Assembly (NCBI GenBank): GCA_031272005.1
Contig: JAISUQ010000060.1
Coordinates: forward strand, 1-54,599
Source of the DNA: Coriobacteriales bacterium
GTDB taxonomy: Bacteria; Actinomycetota; Coriobacteriia; Coriobacteriales; UBA8131
Reading direction: 5' to 3'
DNA length: 54,599 nt
Positions 18,957 to 27,375 of the stretch are shown one piece after another (position 1 is the first letter of the stretch; each line of letters starts with the position of its first letter). A program made the position numbers and the translations under genes. The notes under the pieces are model-generated. The model had not been told where the DNA came from. It was given only the letters and a program-made list of their open reading frames with translations, and made no database searches.

Positions 18957-19020
18957 GCTGCGTCCTTCCTGTGTTTACCGGCCGGAGAAACCCGGCCATT
19001 CTCAAAATGTTCAGGCTGAC

Positions 19021-19053
19021 CTGCGAGCCTACCGCCACCAGGCAGGCTCGCAG
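19021..19053. other. Perfect 10-bp stem hairpin (CTGCGAGCCT-N13-AGGCTCGCAG) in the pilin 5-prime leader region
   Basis: Read directly from the sequence. It lies 65-97 nt upstream of the pilin start codon, inside a 552-nt non-coding spacer. Confidence 0.5.
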
Positions 19054-19421
19054 CCGCCCGACCATACAGTTTGGGGGTTCAGCCTCTCTGAAGGTCAAGA
19101 GGTATTTGGAGAATATTCTGTTGGGCTGGTATTTGTTGCGGATAAGCCGCTGACCTGCAAGAACAGGCGATATGCGCCGTGCCCGGGCAGATTGGCTGGG
19201 TCAATCAGCGCCGATTCGAGGCAAAAAACCTTCACCTCGGTATGAAGGTTGCTTGCCCCCAATTTTCACCGATAATTGTACTAAATTAAATAAAATATTA
19301 GTATTGAGTGTAATAAATGTTTCAAATAGTACAATAATAACGTTAGAAAACCTATGAATCAGGGAAACCAGCGCTTCTGTAGCGCAGCGGGTTTACTGCC
19401 CGAATGGTTCGGGGGCAGGCA

Positions 19422-19517
19422 GGTTCAGGGGCAGGTTTTTCGGCAGGTTTACAGGCCGGTTCACAGCCCGGTTCACAGCCCGGTTCACAGCCCGGTTTAC
19501 AGGCCGGTTTACAGGCA
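19422..19517. repeat. Eight tandem copies of a 12-bp unit (GGTT[CT]ACAG[CG]CC)
   Basis: The copies are ggttcaggggca / ggtttttcggca / ggtttacaggcc / ggttcacagccc x3 / ggtttacaggcc / ggtttacaggca. The array abuts and slightly overlaps the moeA stop at 19509-19511. Confidence 0.85.
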
Positions 19518-20705
19518 GGCTGGATTGGCTCGCAGCTCCACGGTCAGCGTCTCGCCGGCCTTGTGCGGCGGCTCGCCAATCTGGTTGATATACTGGCCGC
19601 TGGTGACGCCGATGCGATATGGCCCGCTGCCGCGATGCAGGGAGAGGGGCTCGGCGGTGTAGCCCTCAGGCGTTTGGCGTACTTCCAGGCGATTCCAGAA
19701 CTCCAATACCTGCGGGCTTTTCAGATCGCTGGTCAGTATAGCCTGCACCTGCTGGTGTTGCTCGGGCGCAGTACCCAGGGCATGGGCCACTACCGCCTTG
19801 ATGCACCAGTCAAAGACATAGCAGCAACCGACCATCGGCCCGGGCACCACCACTACCGGCTTGTCATCAATCAGGCCAATCAGGGTAGGCCGGCCGGGCG
19901 CAGCCAATACGCCATGGCAGAGCACGGTGCCGCGCTGGCGCACCAATGTGGTATTCAGATCCTCCTCACCTTTGGAGGAACCACCATTAATCAACACGAT
20001 ATCGGCTTGGACCAGAGCCTGATCCAGAGCGCTGGCCAGATCGGCGGCTTTATCCCTGACGATTGGGTAGATCACAGGCACAGCACCATAGCTTGATAGC
20101 ATATGCCTGGCGAAGGTGGAATTGCAGTCGACCTGCTGGCCGCGTTGCGGTTGCGCACCGGCCGGCACCAGCTCGCTGCCGGTGGGGATAAAGGCCACCC
20201 GTGGCCGCTGCACCACCTCCACCGCAGTGATACCGCCGCGCACCAGCGTCGCTGTATCCTCCGGACGGATGCGCCAGCCAGCGGGCAGCAAAAAGTCGCC
20301 CGGCGCCAGGGAGGCGCCGCCAGGCTCGACATTCATCCCGGCGGTCACCTCCAGGTCCTCTGGCAACGCGATGCCGCCGCCATCCAGCAACGTCACGTCC
20401 TCGATGCGGATTACGGCATCAAAACGGTCATCAAAGTCGTCGCCGGTATCGGCGCGTACATAGTCGCGCCCCAGCGCAAAGCCCGACAAGTCCGGTCGCG
20501 CAGCAGCAAAGGCTGCCGAGGCCACGGCGATGCCGTCCATGCAGGAGGCCCGCACCACCGGATAGCTCAGCAGCGAGCACTGCTCACTGGCCAGCACCCG
20601 CCCCACACTGTCATCCACGGCCACCTGCTCGGTCATCCGTGTCGGCTGCCAGGCGGCAAACAGTGCGGCCAGGGCTTCCTGCTTGGTGAACTTGTCAAAC
20701 TCCAT
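19509..20705 (-). CDS. moeA: Molybdopterin molybdotransferase MoeA
   Basis: 398 aa. N-terminal ...EALAALFAAW...VAVDDSVGRVLA...PVVRASCMDGIAV and the central MoeA/gephyrin E-domain layout are present. RBS AAGGAG. Confidence 0.85.
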   Translation of the reverse strand: MEFDKFTKQEALAALFAAWQPTRMTEQVAVDDSVGRVLASEQCSLLSYPVVRASCMDGIAVASAAFAAARPDLSGFALGRDYVRADTGDDFDDRFDAVIRIEDVTLLDGGGIALPEDLEVTAGMNVEPGGASLAPGDFLLPAGWRIRPEDTATLVRGGITAVEVVQRPRVAFIPTGSELVPAGAQPQRGQQVDCNSTFARHMLSSYGAVPVIYPIVRDKAADLASALDQALVQADIVLINGGSSKGEEDLNTTLVRQRGTVLCHGVLAAPGRPTLIGLIDDKPVVVVPGPMVGCCYVFDWCIKAVVAHALGTAPEQHQQVQAILTSDLKSPQVLEFWNRLEVRQTPEGYTAEPLSLHRGSGPYRIGVTSGQYINQIGEPPHKAGETLTVELRANPACL

Positions 20706-20730
20706 GTCCTGCTCCTTTATCTACGGCAAT

Positions 20731-20808
20731 CAAGCACAGCCATCCAGTATAGCCATCCAGCACAGCCATCAAGCACAGCCATCAGACTCAGCTGTCAGGC
20801 ACAGCCAT
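20731..20808. repeat. Six tandem copies of a 13-bp unit (C[AC]AGCACAGCCAT)
   Basis: The copies are caagcacagccat / ccagtatagccat / ccagcacagccat / caagcacagccat / cagactcagctgt / caggcacagccat. The array fills the spacer between the substrate-binding-protein (SBP) stop at 20808 and the moeA start at 20705. Confidence 0.85.
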
Positions 20809-21932
20809 CAGGCCGGGCCGAGATGATCCAGGATGCGCTGGGCATTCTCGGCGCTGAGGTCATAATTATAGAAGGTCTCGTAGTAATCCTGCACTTCGGC
20901 CACCATGTCCAGGTCAGCAAACAGCTCAGGATACATCTTCTGGGCCAGGTACTCCATCAGCAACACGCCCTCGCTGGAGTAATCCCAGAACATCACGCCA
21001 TCCGGGCAGAGATAGACATTGCCCTGCTGCACGGCGCTCATCTCGGCCCAGGCGGCATTGCCGGTCACGGCCTCTGTGCTGTCCATCCGGCCCATGAAGA
21101 TGTAGTCCGGGTCCCAGGCAATCATCTGCTCCATGGTCACCTCGGTGTCCATCTCGGCGCCCGACTCATCGGCGATGTTGCGCCCACCGGCCAGCTCCAG
21201 CCAGAACGAGGGATAGGAATAGGTGGAGAAGACCCCCAGCCCCTCCTCGCCGTAAGCGTAAACGGCAGTCTTGCGCTCTGCATCCGGGATGGAGCCCACA
21301 CGCTCCTGGACATAGGCCACCTTCTCGTCGAAGTAGGCAATCCAAGCCGCGGCCTTGGCCTGGGCATCCGCTCCGAAGGTGTCGGCGAACACCTGCACCT
21401 CCTGCTTCTGGTATTCGATGAACTCATCGGCGGTGGTGGGGTTGCCGGTGGAGTTCTGCACCACCACGACCGGCAGGCCGGCGGCCTCCATGGCGGCCAG
21501 AGGCTCCTCATAGTCGAAGAACAGCACCACGTCGGCACCCAGCTCAATCAGGCCTTCGACGTTGGGCTCGCCCGGGCTCTCGATGGCGGTCAGTTGGGAA
21601 ACGTTGGGGTTGGTTTCCACCACCCAGGGCCGGTCGATCATCACGAAGTGGATGCCTGCCAGACGGTCGGCCTGGCCGAGCAGGAAGACCTTCTCATAGG
21701 ACGGCCCGGCCACGGCAGCGGCATGCTCCACGTCTGTGGGCACGGTCACCGAGCGGCCAGCCAGGTCGATCACCGTCCGCCCGGAATCGGCGACGACGTC
21801 GGGGCTGTCGTTGTTGGCTGTGGTGTCCTCGGCCTTCGGCGTGCTGCAAGCAAACAGCCCCAGGCACAGCACCACGGCCAGCGCACAGCTGGCCATGCGG
21901 CGCAGCCATCCCATCGCCTGCGTCTGACTCAT
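20808..21932 (-). CDS. ABC transporter substrate-binding lipoprotein (type 2 periplasmic binding fold, FecB/BtuF-like)
   Basis: The start is set at MSQTQAMGW (ATG 21932). It forms an ATGA overlap with the ATPase stop and has RBS GAGGAAAG. The lipobox is LGLFAC. 374 aa. Confidence 0.8.
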   Translation of the reverse strand: MSQTQAMGWLRRMASCALAVVLCLGLFACSTPKAEDTTANNDSPDVVADSGRTVIDLAGRSVTVPTDVEHAAAVAGPSYEKVFLLGQADRLAGIHFVMIDRPWVVETNPNVSQLTAIESPGEPNVEGLIELGADVVLFFDYEEPLAAMEAAGLPVVVVQNSTGNPTTADEFIEYQKQEVQVFADTFGADAQAKAAAWIAYFDEKVAYVQERVGSIPDAERKTAVYAYGEEGLGVFSTYSYPSFWLELAGGRNIADESGAEMDTEVTMEQMIAWDPDYIFMGRMDSTEAVTGNAAWAEMSAVQQGNVYLCPDGVMFWDYSSEGVLLMEYLAQKMYPELFADLDMVAEVQDYYETFYNYDLSAENAQRILDHLGPA

Positions 21933-22783
21933 TCTCTTTCCTCGTTGCATTTTCGTTCACCTTTCTCTCTTCCGTCATGTGTCGAACTATTCTCAAGCTT
22001 CTCAAGCTCGGGAACACAGATGCAGTGGCCGCGGTCGGCCAGATAGTGCAGGGAGATATTCTCCTGGTACAGCTCACTGAGCAACTGCTCGTCGAGAGTA
22101 TCGGCGGCCTGACCAAAGACCAGCGGCGCGCCGGGGCGGATCACCCCGACCTGGCTGTGCAGCCAGATAGCGTGATCGGGGACGTGTGAGGTCATGATCA
22201 CGGCGATACCCCGGGCACACATCTCCTGAATCAGCCGCAGGGCCCGAATCTGGTTGCCGTAGTCCAGGTGGTTGGTCGGCTCATCCATCAGAATCAGCGG
22301 GGCTTCCTGCATCAGGACGCGGGCAATCTGAGCCAGCTGGCGCTCGCCGCCGCTGATGCGGCTCATCGGCGCCGTGGCCAGACGGGCGATGCCCAGCTGG
22401 TCCAGGGTCTGTTGGGCCAGACTGTAATCGCTGGCGGTTGGGCTCTTGCCAAAACGCAGGTGTGGCGCGCGGCCCATTACCGTGTAATCCAGCACCGAGA
22501 ACTCAAAGCTGACCGTCTGGATTTGCGGCAGATAGCCCAGGCGCAGGGCGATTTCGCGCATACTCAAAGAGCGCAGATCGTGGCCGCAGAGCTCGATACG
22601 GCCACTTTGGGGGCGCAGCAGGCCAGACAGGCAGTTCAGCAGCGTGGTCTTGCCCGAGCCATTGGGACCCAGCAACACCAGGACTTCTCCCGCCCGTACT
22701 GTCAGATTGACATCGGTGAAGACTGTCTGCCCGCCGCGGTAGGCAAAAGAGATGGATGCGGTGGAGATGACCGGTGCGCTCAC
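21929..22783 (-). CDS. ABC transporter ATP-binding protein (FecE/FepC/BtuD-like)
   Basis: The GTG start at 22783 forms a GTGA overlap with the permease stop. Walker A is GPNGSGKTT, the signature is ISGGERQ and Walker B is LILMDEP. 284 aa. The 578-aa track ORF is an upstream-extended artefact. Confidence 0.85.
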   Translation of the reverse strand: MSAPVISTASISFAYRGGQTVFTDVNLTVRAGEVLVLLGPNGSGKTTLLNCLSGLLRPQSGRIELCGHDLRSLSMREIALRLGYLPQIQTVSFEFSVLDYTVMGRAPHLRFGKSPTASDYSLAQQTLDQLGIARLATAPMSRISGGERQLAQIARVLMQEAPLILMDEPTNHLDYGNQIRALRLIQEMCARGIAVIMTSHVPDHAIWLHSQVGVIRPGAPLVFGQAADTLDEQLLSELYQENISLHYLADRGHCICVPELEKLENSSTHDGREKGERKCNEERE

Positions 22784-23808
22784 AGCTGCATCCTCCGCTT
22801 CACCACAATCAGCACGAACAGACCAGCCCCAACGATTCCGGTGATGATGCTCAAGGGTATCTCGGAGGCTGTCAGGTTGCGGGCCAGGGTGTCTACCAGC
22901 ATCAGGAAGGTGCCACCCAACAGACAGGAGGCTGGCAGCAGCCAACGGTTGTCCGAGCCGGTCAGCAGACGTCCGAGATGGGGGATAATCAGGCCCACCC
23001 AGCCAATGGAACCGCAGATACTCACGGCGCAGGCGGTCAGCACGGTGGCACAGACGATGGTCAGGGCGCGCAGGCGTTTGACATTGACGCCGAGGGTCTG
23101 GGCTTCGCCTTCCTCCAGTGACAGCAGATTGATGCGCCAGCGCGAGACCAGCAGCACCAGCGTCGCCGCCAGGATGGCGGGGGTCACTGCCGCCACGTCT
23201 GCGAGTTTCATGTTGGCCACTGAGCCCAGCGTCCAGAAGATGATCGCCGGCAGCTCGTCGTAGGTGTTGGCCAGGTACTGGCACAGGCTGAGTATCGAGT
23301 TGAACAGGGCCGCCACCACGATGCCGGCCAGCACCAGCGTGATATTGGAGTTCTGACGGAAGAGCCGGGAGATGCCCACCGAACAACAGACCGCCAGGCC
23401 ACCGCCAGCCAGGGCGGCCAACTGCACGGCGGCGCTGCCGAGGTGGGCGAGAATGGCCAGTGAAGCCCCAACGCAGGCGCCGGAAGTCACGCCCAGCAGA
23501 TCCGGCGAGACCAGTGGATTGCGGAAGACCCCCTGATAGACAGCGCCGGATAAGGCCAGGGCGGAGCCCACCAACAGCGCCGCCAGGGTCCGTGGCAGGC
23601 GCACATTGAGCACCACATTGGCCATCTGCGCCGTCCAGCTTTGTTCTGGCTGCAGGGGCGTCCAAGTGTTGACCAGAATCAGGAACACCTGGTCCAAGGG
23701 GATGGAGAAGCGACCCGCGCCTAAAGCCACCAGGCAGGTCAGCAGGGCTAAGACAGCCAGAGCCAGAAGCAGCGCGACCCGCGAGCGATGTTGTATGTCA
23801 GTCGGCAT
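22780..23808 (-). CDS. FecCD-family ABC permease (iron-chelate / cobalamin type)
   Basis: 342 aa and about 9-10 TM. Typical FecCD features are present (GAGRFSIPL..., LNVRLPRTLAALLVG, GSIGWVGLIIPHL). Confidence 0.85.
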   Translation of the reverse strand: MPTDIQHRSRVALLLALAVLALLTCLVALGAGRFSIPLDQVFLILVNTWTPLQPEQSWTAQMANVVLNVRLPRTLAALLVGSALALSGAVYQGVFRNPLVSPDLLGVTSGACVGASLAILAHLGSAAVQLAALAGGGLAVCCSVGISRLFRQNSNITLVLAGIVVAALFNSILSLCQYLANTYDELPAIIFWTLGSVANMKLADVAAVTPAILAATLVLLVSRWRINLLSLEEGEAQTLGVNVKRLRALTIVCATVLTACAVSICGSIGWVGLIIPHLGRLLTGSDNRWLLPASCLLGGTFLMLVDTLARNLTASEIPLSIITGIVGAGLFVLIVVKRRMQL

Positions 23809-23858
23809 CAGCCTGGATTATCCATTTTCGACATAATTAAACCCGAACAGAAATATTC

Positions 23859-23887
23859 ATTCTAGTATAAATCCACACATATGGCAA
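23859..23887 (-). promoter_or_regulatory. Sigma-70-like promoter for the FecBCD-type operon (TTGCCA-17-TAGAAT on the minus strand)
   Basis: The -10 is at 23859-23864 and the -35 at 23882-23887, with a 17-nt spacer. The promoter lies about 50 nt upstream of the permease start. Confidence 0.5.
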
Positions 23888-24020
23888 TGTTCTAATGAGA
23901 ACAGATTGGAAGTGAGGGTCGTCGGGCTGTGTTGCGGCCGGCCGTCGCCGGGTGCTGTCGGGCGCTGTCGGGCCCTGCCCCGGGTGCCTGCGGTCGCCGC
24001 AGAGAAAATTCAGATTTCCC

Positions 24021-24050
24021 TTGCAACATTCAGGCAGGTTGCCGTATAAT
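24021..24050 (+). promoter_or_regulatory. Strong sigma-70-like promoter for rplS (TTGCAA-18-TATAAT)
   Basis: The -35 is at 24021-24026 and a consensus -10 at 24045-24050, 65 nt upstream of the rplS ATG. Confidence 0.6.
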
Positions 24051-24115
24051 TTCCGTTTGCGTATTTTAACGGTTTCGGCAATCCGCCTGATTGATTTGTA
24101 GAGGACTGAAGCAGC

Positions 24116-24460
24116 ATGGACATTATCCGCGCACTGGAGCAACAGCAGATTAAGGCCGACCTTCCGCCTTTCACCGTCGGTGACCGGGTGAAGGTCCATT
24201 ATCGTATCATCGAGGGCAACAAGGAGCGCATCCAGGTCTTTGAGGGCGACGTCATCCGCCGCCACGGGGCTTCCAATCGCGAGACCTTCACGGTGCGCAA
24301 GCTCTCCAGCGGCATCGGCGTCGAGCGCACCTTCCCGGTACACTCGCCCAAGATCGACCGCATCGAGGTGCTGCGTCATGGCGCCGTGCGTCGGGCCAAG
24401 CTGTACTTCCTGCGCAAGAAGATCGGCAAGGCTGCCAAGCTGCGCGAAAAGGGCTTTTAA
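24116..24460 (+). CDS. rplS: 50S ribosomal protein L19
   Basis: 114 aa. [29 protein letters not shown]...FTVRK...[11 protein letters not shown] is diagnostic. Confidence 0.97.
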   Translation: MDIIRALEQQQIKADLPPFTVGDRVKVHYRIIEGNKERIQVFEGDVIRRHGASNRETFTVRKLSSGIGVERTFPVHSPKIDRIEVLRHGAVRRAKLYFLRKKIGKAAKLREKGF

Positions 24461-24466
24461 GCCCCA

Positions 24467-25117
24467 ATGGACAAGCAAACACGGACAGCTGCTCTCTACG
24501 GGGAGCAGCTTTCTTTATGTGCCGGTCTGGCGGCGGGCCTGGATGAGGTCGGACGGGGCTCGGTCGCCGGACCGCTGACCGTGGCGGCCGTGGTGCTGCC
24601 TGCCGAGCCGCGGATACAGGGGCTCAACGACTCCAAGAAGCTGACGGAGAAGCAGCGCGACGCCCTGGCTGTTGAGATCAGGTACACCGCCACAGCTATC
24701 GCCCTCGCCCATGTCTCAGCGGCCGAAATCGATGCTGGCGGCATGGCGGCCGCGCTGCGCCAGGCCTTTGGCCAGGCTCTGGGCGCACTGAGGACTGCCG
24801 ACGGCCAACCGTTGGAACTGGACGCAATATTGCTGGATGGCAATCCTTTGGGACTGCATCCGCGGGAAATCAGCGTCGTCAAGGGGGATGGTCGGGTGGC
24901 CTGTATCGCCGCCGCCTCAATCATTGCCAAGGTCACGCGGGATGCGCTGATGGTCGAGCTGGCCGAGCAATATCCGGCCTGGCAATTGGCCAGCAACAAA
25001 GGTTATGCCTCGCCCGCCCATATCGCCGCCATCCGCGAGCACGGCCTGACGCCGATCCACAGGCGCAGTTTCTGCTCCGGGTTCTTCCAGGAGCAGATAC
25101 CGTTCGCCGACGTATAG
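24467..25117 (+). CDS. rnhB: Ribonuclease HII
   Basis: 216 aa. It has GLDEVGRGSVAGPLTVAAVVL (DEDD site), NDSKKLT and IIAKVTRD. Confidence 0.93.
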   Translation: MDKQTRTAALYGEQLSLCAGLAAGLDEVGRGSVAGPLTVAAVVLPAEPRIQGLNDSKKLTEKQRDALAVEIRYTATAIALAHVSAAEIDAGGMAAALRQAFGQALGALRTADGQPLELDAILLDGNPLGLHPREISVVKGDGRVACIAAASIIAKVTRDALMVELAEQYPAWQLASNKGYASPAHIAAIREHGLTPIHRRSFCSGFFQEQIPFADV

Positions 25118-25290
25118 TAACCGTTTGCAGATACATATTGAAATGCTAGTATAACAATACAATTAAAACACCGCTATTGAGCAGCGGATTTGGAAAACTG
25201 ACAGCTGCACTCGGTTGCCATTTGGAGAACTGACCCTTTTCAGCAAGATTGCCGCGTTATGCTGGCAAATCTGATGAAAAGGAGAGAAAA

Positions 25291-25662
25291 ATGAGCACTG
25301 AAAGCAAACTGTTGGGTAGCGAAGGCGAGGATCTGGCCTGCGACTATCTATTGGGCAAGGGCCTGAAAATCGTGGAGCGCAACTGGCGTTGTCAGGCGGG
25401 AGAGGCTGACATCATCGCCTTCGACAACGATGAACTGGCCTTCATCGAGGTCAAAACGCGCCGTGGCGTCAACGCCGGCTTTCCGGAGGAGGCGGTGACC
25501 AGAGCCAAGCGCCAACGCTACGAGCGCATCGCCCTGAGCTATCTGGCCGACCACCGGATTCCTACCACCCAGGTGCGCTTCGACGTCATCGCGGTGATTG
25601 TGGTGGAGCCCAACCGGGCCTTTCTACGGCATCACTACGACGCCTTTGGCTGCGGGGATTGA
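25291..25662 (+). CDS. yraN: YraN-family (UPF0102) endonuclease-like protein
   Basis: The start was moved to MSTESKLLG (RBS AAAGGAGAG), giving 123 aa. It has G...A..YL...G..I.ERNWR...GE.DII and FIEVKTRR. Confidence 0.85.
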   Translation: MSTESKLLGSEGEDLACDYLLGKGLKIVERNWRCQAGEADIIAFDNDELAFIEVKTRRGVNAGFPEEAVTRAKRQRYERIALSYLADHRIPTTQVRFDVIAVIVVEPNRAFLRHHYDAFGCGD

Positions 25663-25838
25663 TCGTGCGTCGGCTGGGGCCGGCAGCGCCGGAAGGCGTG
25701 ATGCTGGAGGATCTGGACGGCTATATCGAGTATTCGGCCGCCGGCGCCGGTGGCAACTACGCTGGCAGCTTCAGCAGCTATGGCAGCAACGGTGGCTACG
25801 GAGCAGGTGGCGAGCAGTCTTATATACCTGTCGGTCGC

Positions 25839-27362
25839 ATGGGCTTTGTCAAGACCGCGACCATTCAGGGCGTGGAGGCCATCCCGGTCACGGTGGAAGT
25901 CTGCGTCAGTCGCGGAATGCCAGGCATCAACATCGTCGGGATGCCGGATACCGCCATCCAGGAGGCCAAGCTGCGCGTGCGTCAGGCGCTGAAGGCCTCG
26001 GGATATGAGATGAGCAACCGCTATGTGGTGGTCAACCTGGCGCCCAGCTCGCTGAAGAAGATCGGGTCGGGCTTCGATTTGCCGATAGCCATCGCCTATC
26101 TGCTGGCTACTGAGCAGATACCGGCGGATGTCGCCCGTGATCGCCTTTGTGTGGGGGAGTTGTCGCTGGATGGCACCGTCAAGCCGGCCCTGGGGCAGTT
26201 GGCTTACGAGAAGCTGGCCCACGAGCAGGGCTGGGGTTTGATGACCGGACCTACGATTGCTGGCGTGTTCTTCGAAGACGATCAGCCGCACGTCTGCCTG
26301 AATCGTCTGGAGGATTTGCGCAGCCAACAATTCTGTGCACCCCTTCAATCAGACACGGATCAGGCAACCGCGATGGCGGACTTCTCCGACATCGCCGGAA
26401 ACGACCTGGTCAAGCGGGCCTTGCAGATTGCTGCTGCCGGTGGCCATGGCCTGTTGATGATTGGTCCTCCGGGTTCTGGCAAATCGATGCTGGCCAGCCG
26501 GTTGCCCTCAATACTGCCACCGTTGCTGCGCGAGGAACGGATCGACTCGGCAATGATCCACTCCGTGGCCGGCTTGCCGTTTGAGCGCATCCTGGCGGGA
26601 GAGCGCCCCTTCAGGGCGCCACATCATGGGGCCTCCCGGGCCGGGCTGATCGGCGGTGGTACTCCCACCGGGCCCGGGGAGGTCTCATTGGCGCACAACG
26701 GTGTGCTCTTCTTGGATGAGTTGCCGGAGTTTGGCACGGCTACTCTGCAGCTGTTGCGCCAACCCATGGAGCAGGGGTCGGTATCCCTGGCCCGGGCGGG
26801 TGGCACGGTGACCTTCCCGGCCCGTTTCATGCTGGTGGCTGCTGCCAATCCCTGCCCCTGTGGCTTTTATGGTGACAACCGCAAGAGTTGCAAGTGTACG
26901 CCGCAGCAGGTCAGCCGCTATATGGGTCGAATCGGCGGCCCGCTGATGGACAGGATCAACATCATCGTGGATGTCCGACGCAGCGAGGCAGCCAAGGTCC
27001 TGGCCACCGGCACCGGCACCTCCTCAGCTGTTCTGCGGGCGGGGGTGATGCAGGCCCGGGAGTTCGCCGCCTGGCGCCAGCAGTCAGTTGCTCCCAGCCT
27101 GCCAGCACTGTCAGCCGCCGCCGAGTCTGCCGTGGCGCTGCGCTCCGGCTCCGGAGCAGCCCTGCTGGCCTCCTGCTGCCTGAATGACGCCGACATCACC
27201 TATCTCGAGCTGCTTTCCGAGCGCTATCAGCTCAGCGGCCGCGGCATCATGAGCGCTTTGACTGTCGGGCGAACCATCGCCGATTTGGAGACCAGCGAGA
27301 AGGTCACCCAGGAGCATCTGCTCGAAGCCGTGAGCTTCAGAACCAGTGGTTATGATGGCTGA
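25839..27362 (+). CDS. comM: YifB/ComM-family Mg-chelatase-like AAA+ ATPase
   Basis: 507 aa counted from MGFVKTATIQGVEA. It has a Lon-protease-like N-domain (GSGFDLPIAIAYL), Walker A GPPGSGKS and an FLDELPEF box. The start is uncertain: an in-frame low-complexity extension runs back to a TTG at 25659. Confidence 0.8.
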   Translation: MGFVKTATIQGVEAIPVTVEVCVSRGMPGINIVGMPDTAIQEAKLRVRQALKASGYEMSNRYVVVNLAPSSLKKIGSGFDLPIAIAYLLATEQIPADVARDRLCVGELSLDGTVKPALGQLAYEKLAHEQGWGLMTGPTIAGVFFEDDQPHVCLNRLEDLRSQQFCAPLQSDTDQATAMADFSDIAGNDLVKRALQIAAAGGHGLLMIGPPGSGKSMLASRLPSILPPLLREERIDSAMIHSVAGLPFERILAGERPFRAPHHGASRAGLIGGGTPTGPGEVSLAHNGVLFLDELPEFGTATLQLLRQPMEQGSVSLARAGGTVTFPARFMLVAAANPCPCGFYGDNRKSCKCTPQQVSRYMGRIGGPLMDRINIIVDVRRSEAAKVLATGTGTSSAVLRAGVMQAREFAAWRQQSVAPSLPALSAAAESAVALRSGSGAALLASCCLNDADITYLELLSERYQLSGRGIMSALTVGRTIADLETSEKVTQEHLLEAVSFRTSGYDG

Positions 27363-27375
27363 GGAGGTGTCGGCA

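Noticed and set aside
19172-19357. A 61-aa ORF inside the AT-rich island upstream of the pilin gene.
   Set aside because: It spans a drastic composition change, has no RBS, and its sequence is implausible. The region is better explained as regulatory DNA.
19422-20808. Whether the 12-bp and 13-bp tandem arrays, and those at 10451 and 47534, could be CRISPR arrays.
   Set aside because: The units are directly tandem with no unique spacers. The repeat length (10-13 bp) is far below CRISPR repeats, and no cas genes are in the window.
21929-23665. A 578-aa ORF apparently fusing a long N-terminal region to the ABC ATPase.
   Set aside because: The N-terminal ~290 aa overlap the FecCD permease gene in another frame and are low-complexity. 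A GTG at 22783 forming a GTGA overlap with the permease stop gives a normal 284-aa ATPase.
23809-23858. A cobalamin riboswitch or similar upstream of the FecCD/BtuCD-like operon.
   Set aside because: The candidate promoter leaves only about 45-50 nt of leader, too short for a B12 element, and no B12-box-like sequence was seen.
25659-25838. A 60-aa Gly/Tyr/Ser/Ala-rich N-terminal extension of ComM, from a TTG overlapping the yraN stop.
   Set aside because: ComM/YifB homologues normally begin at the position of the Met at 25839 (M..V.....G..A). The extension is low-complexity. It is kept only as an alternative start, because no strong RBS precedes 25839 either.
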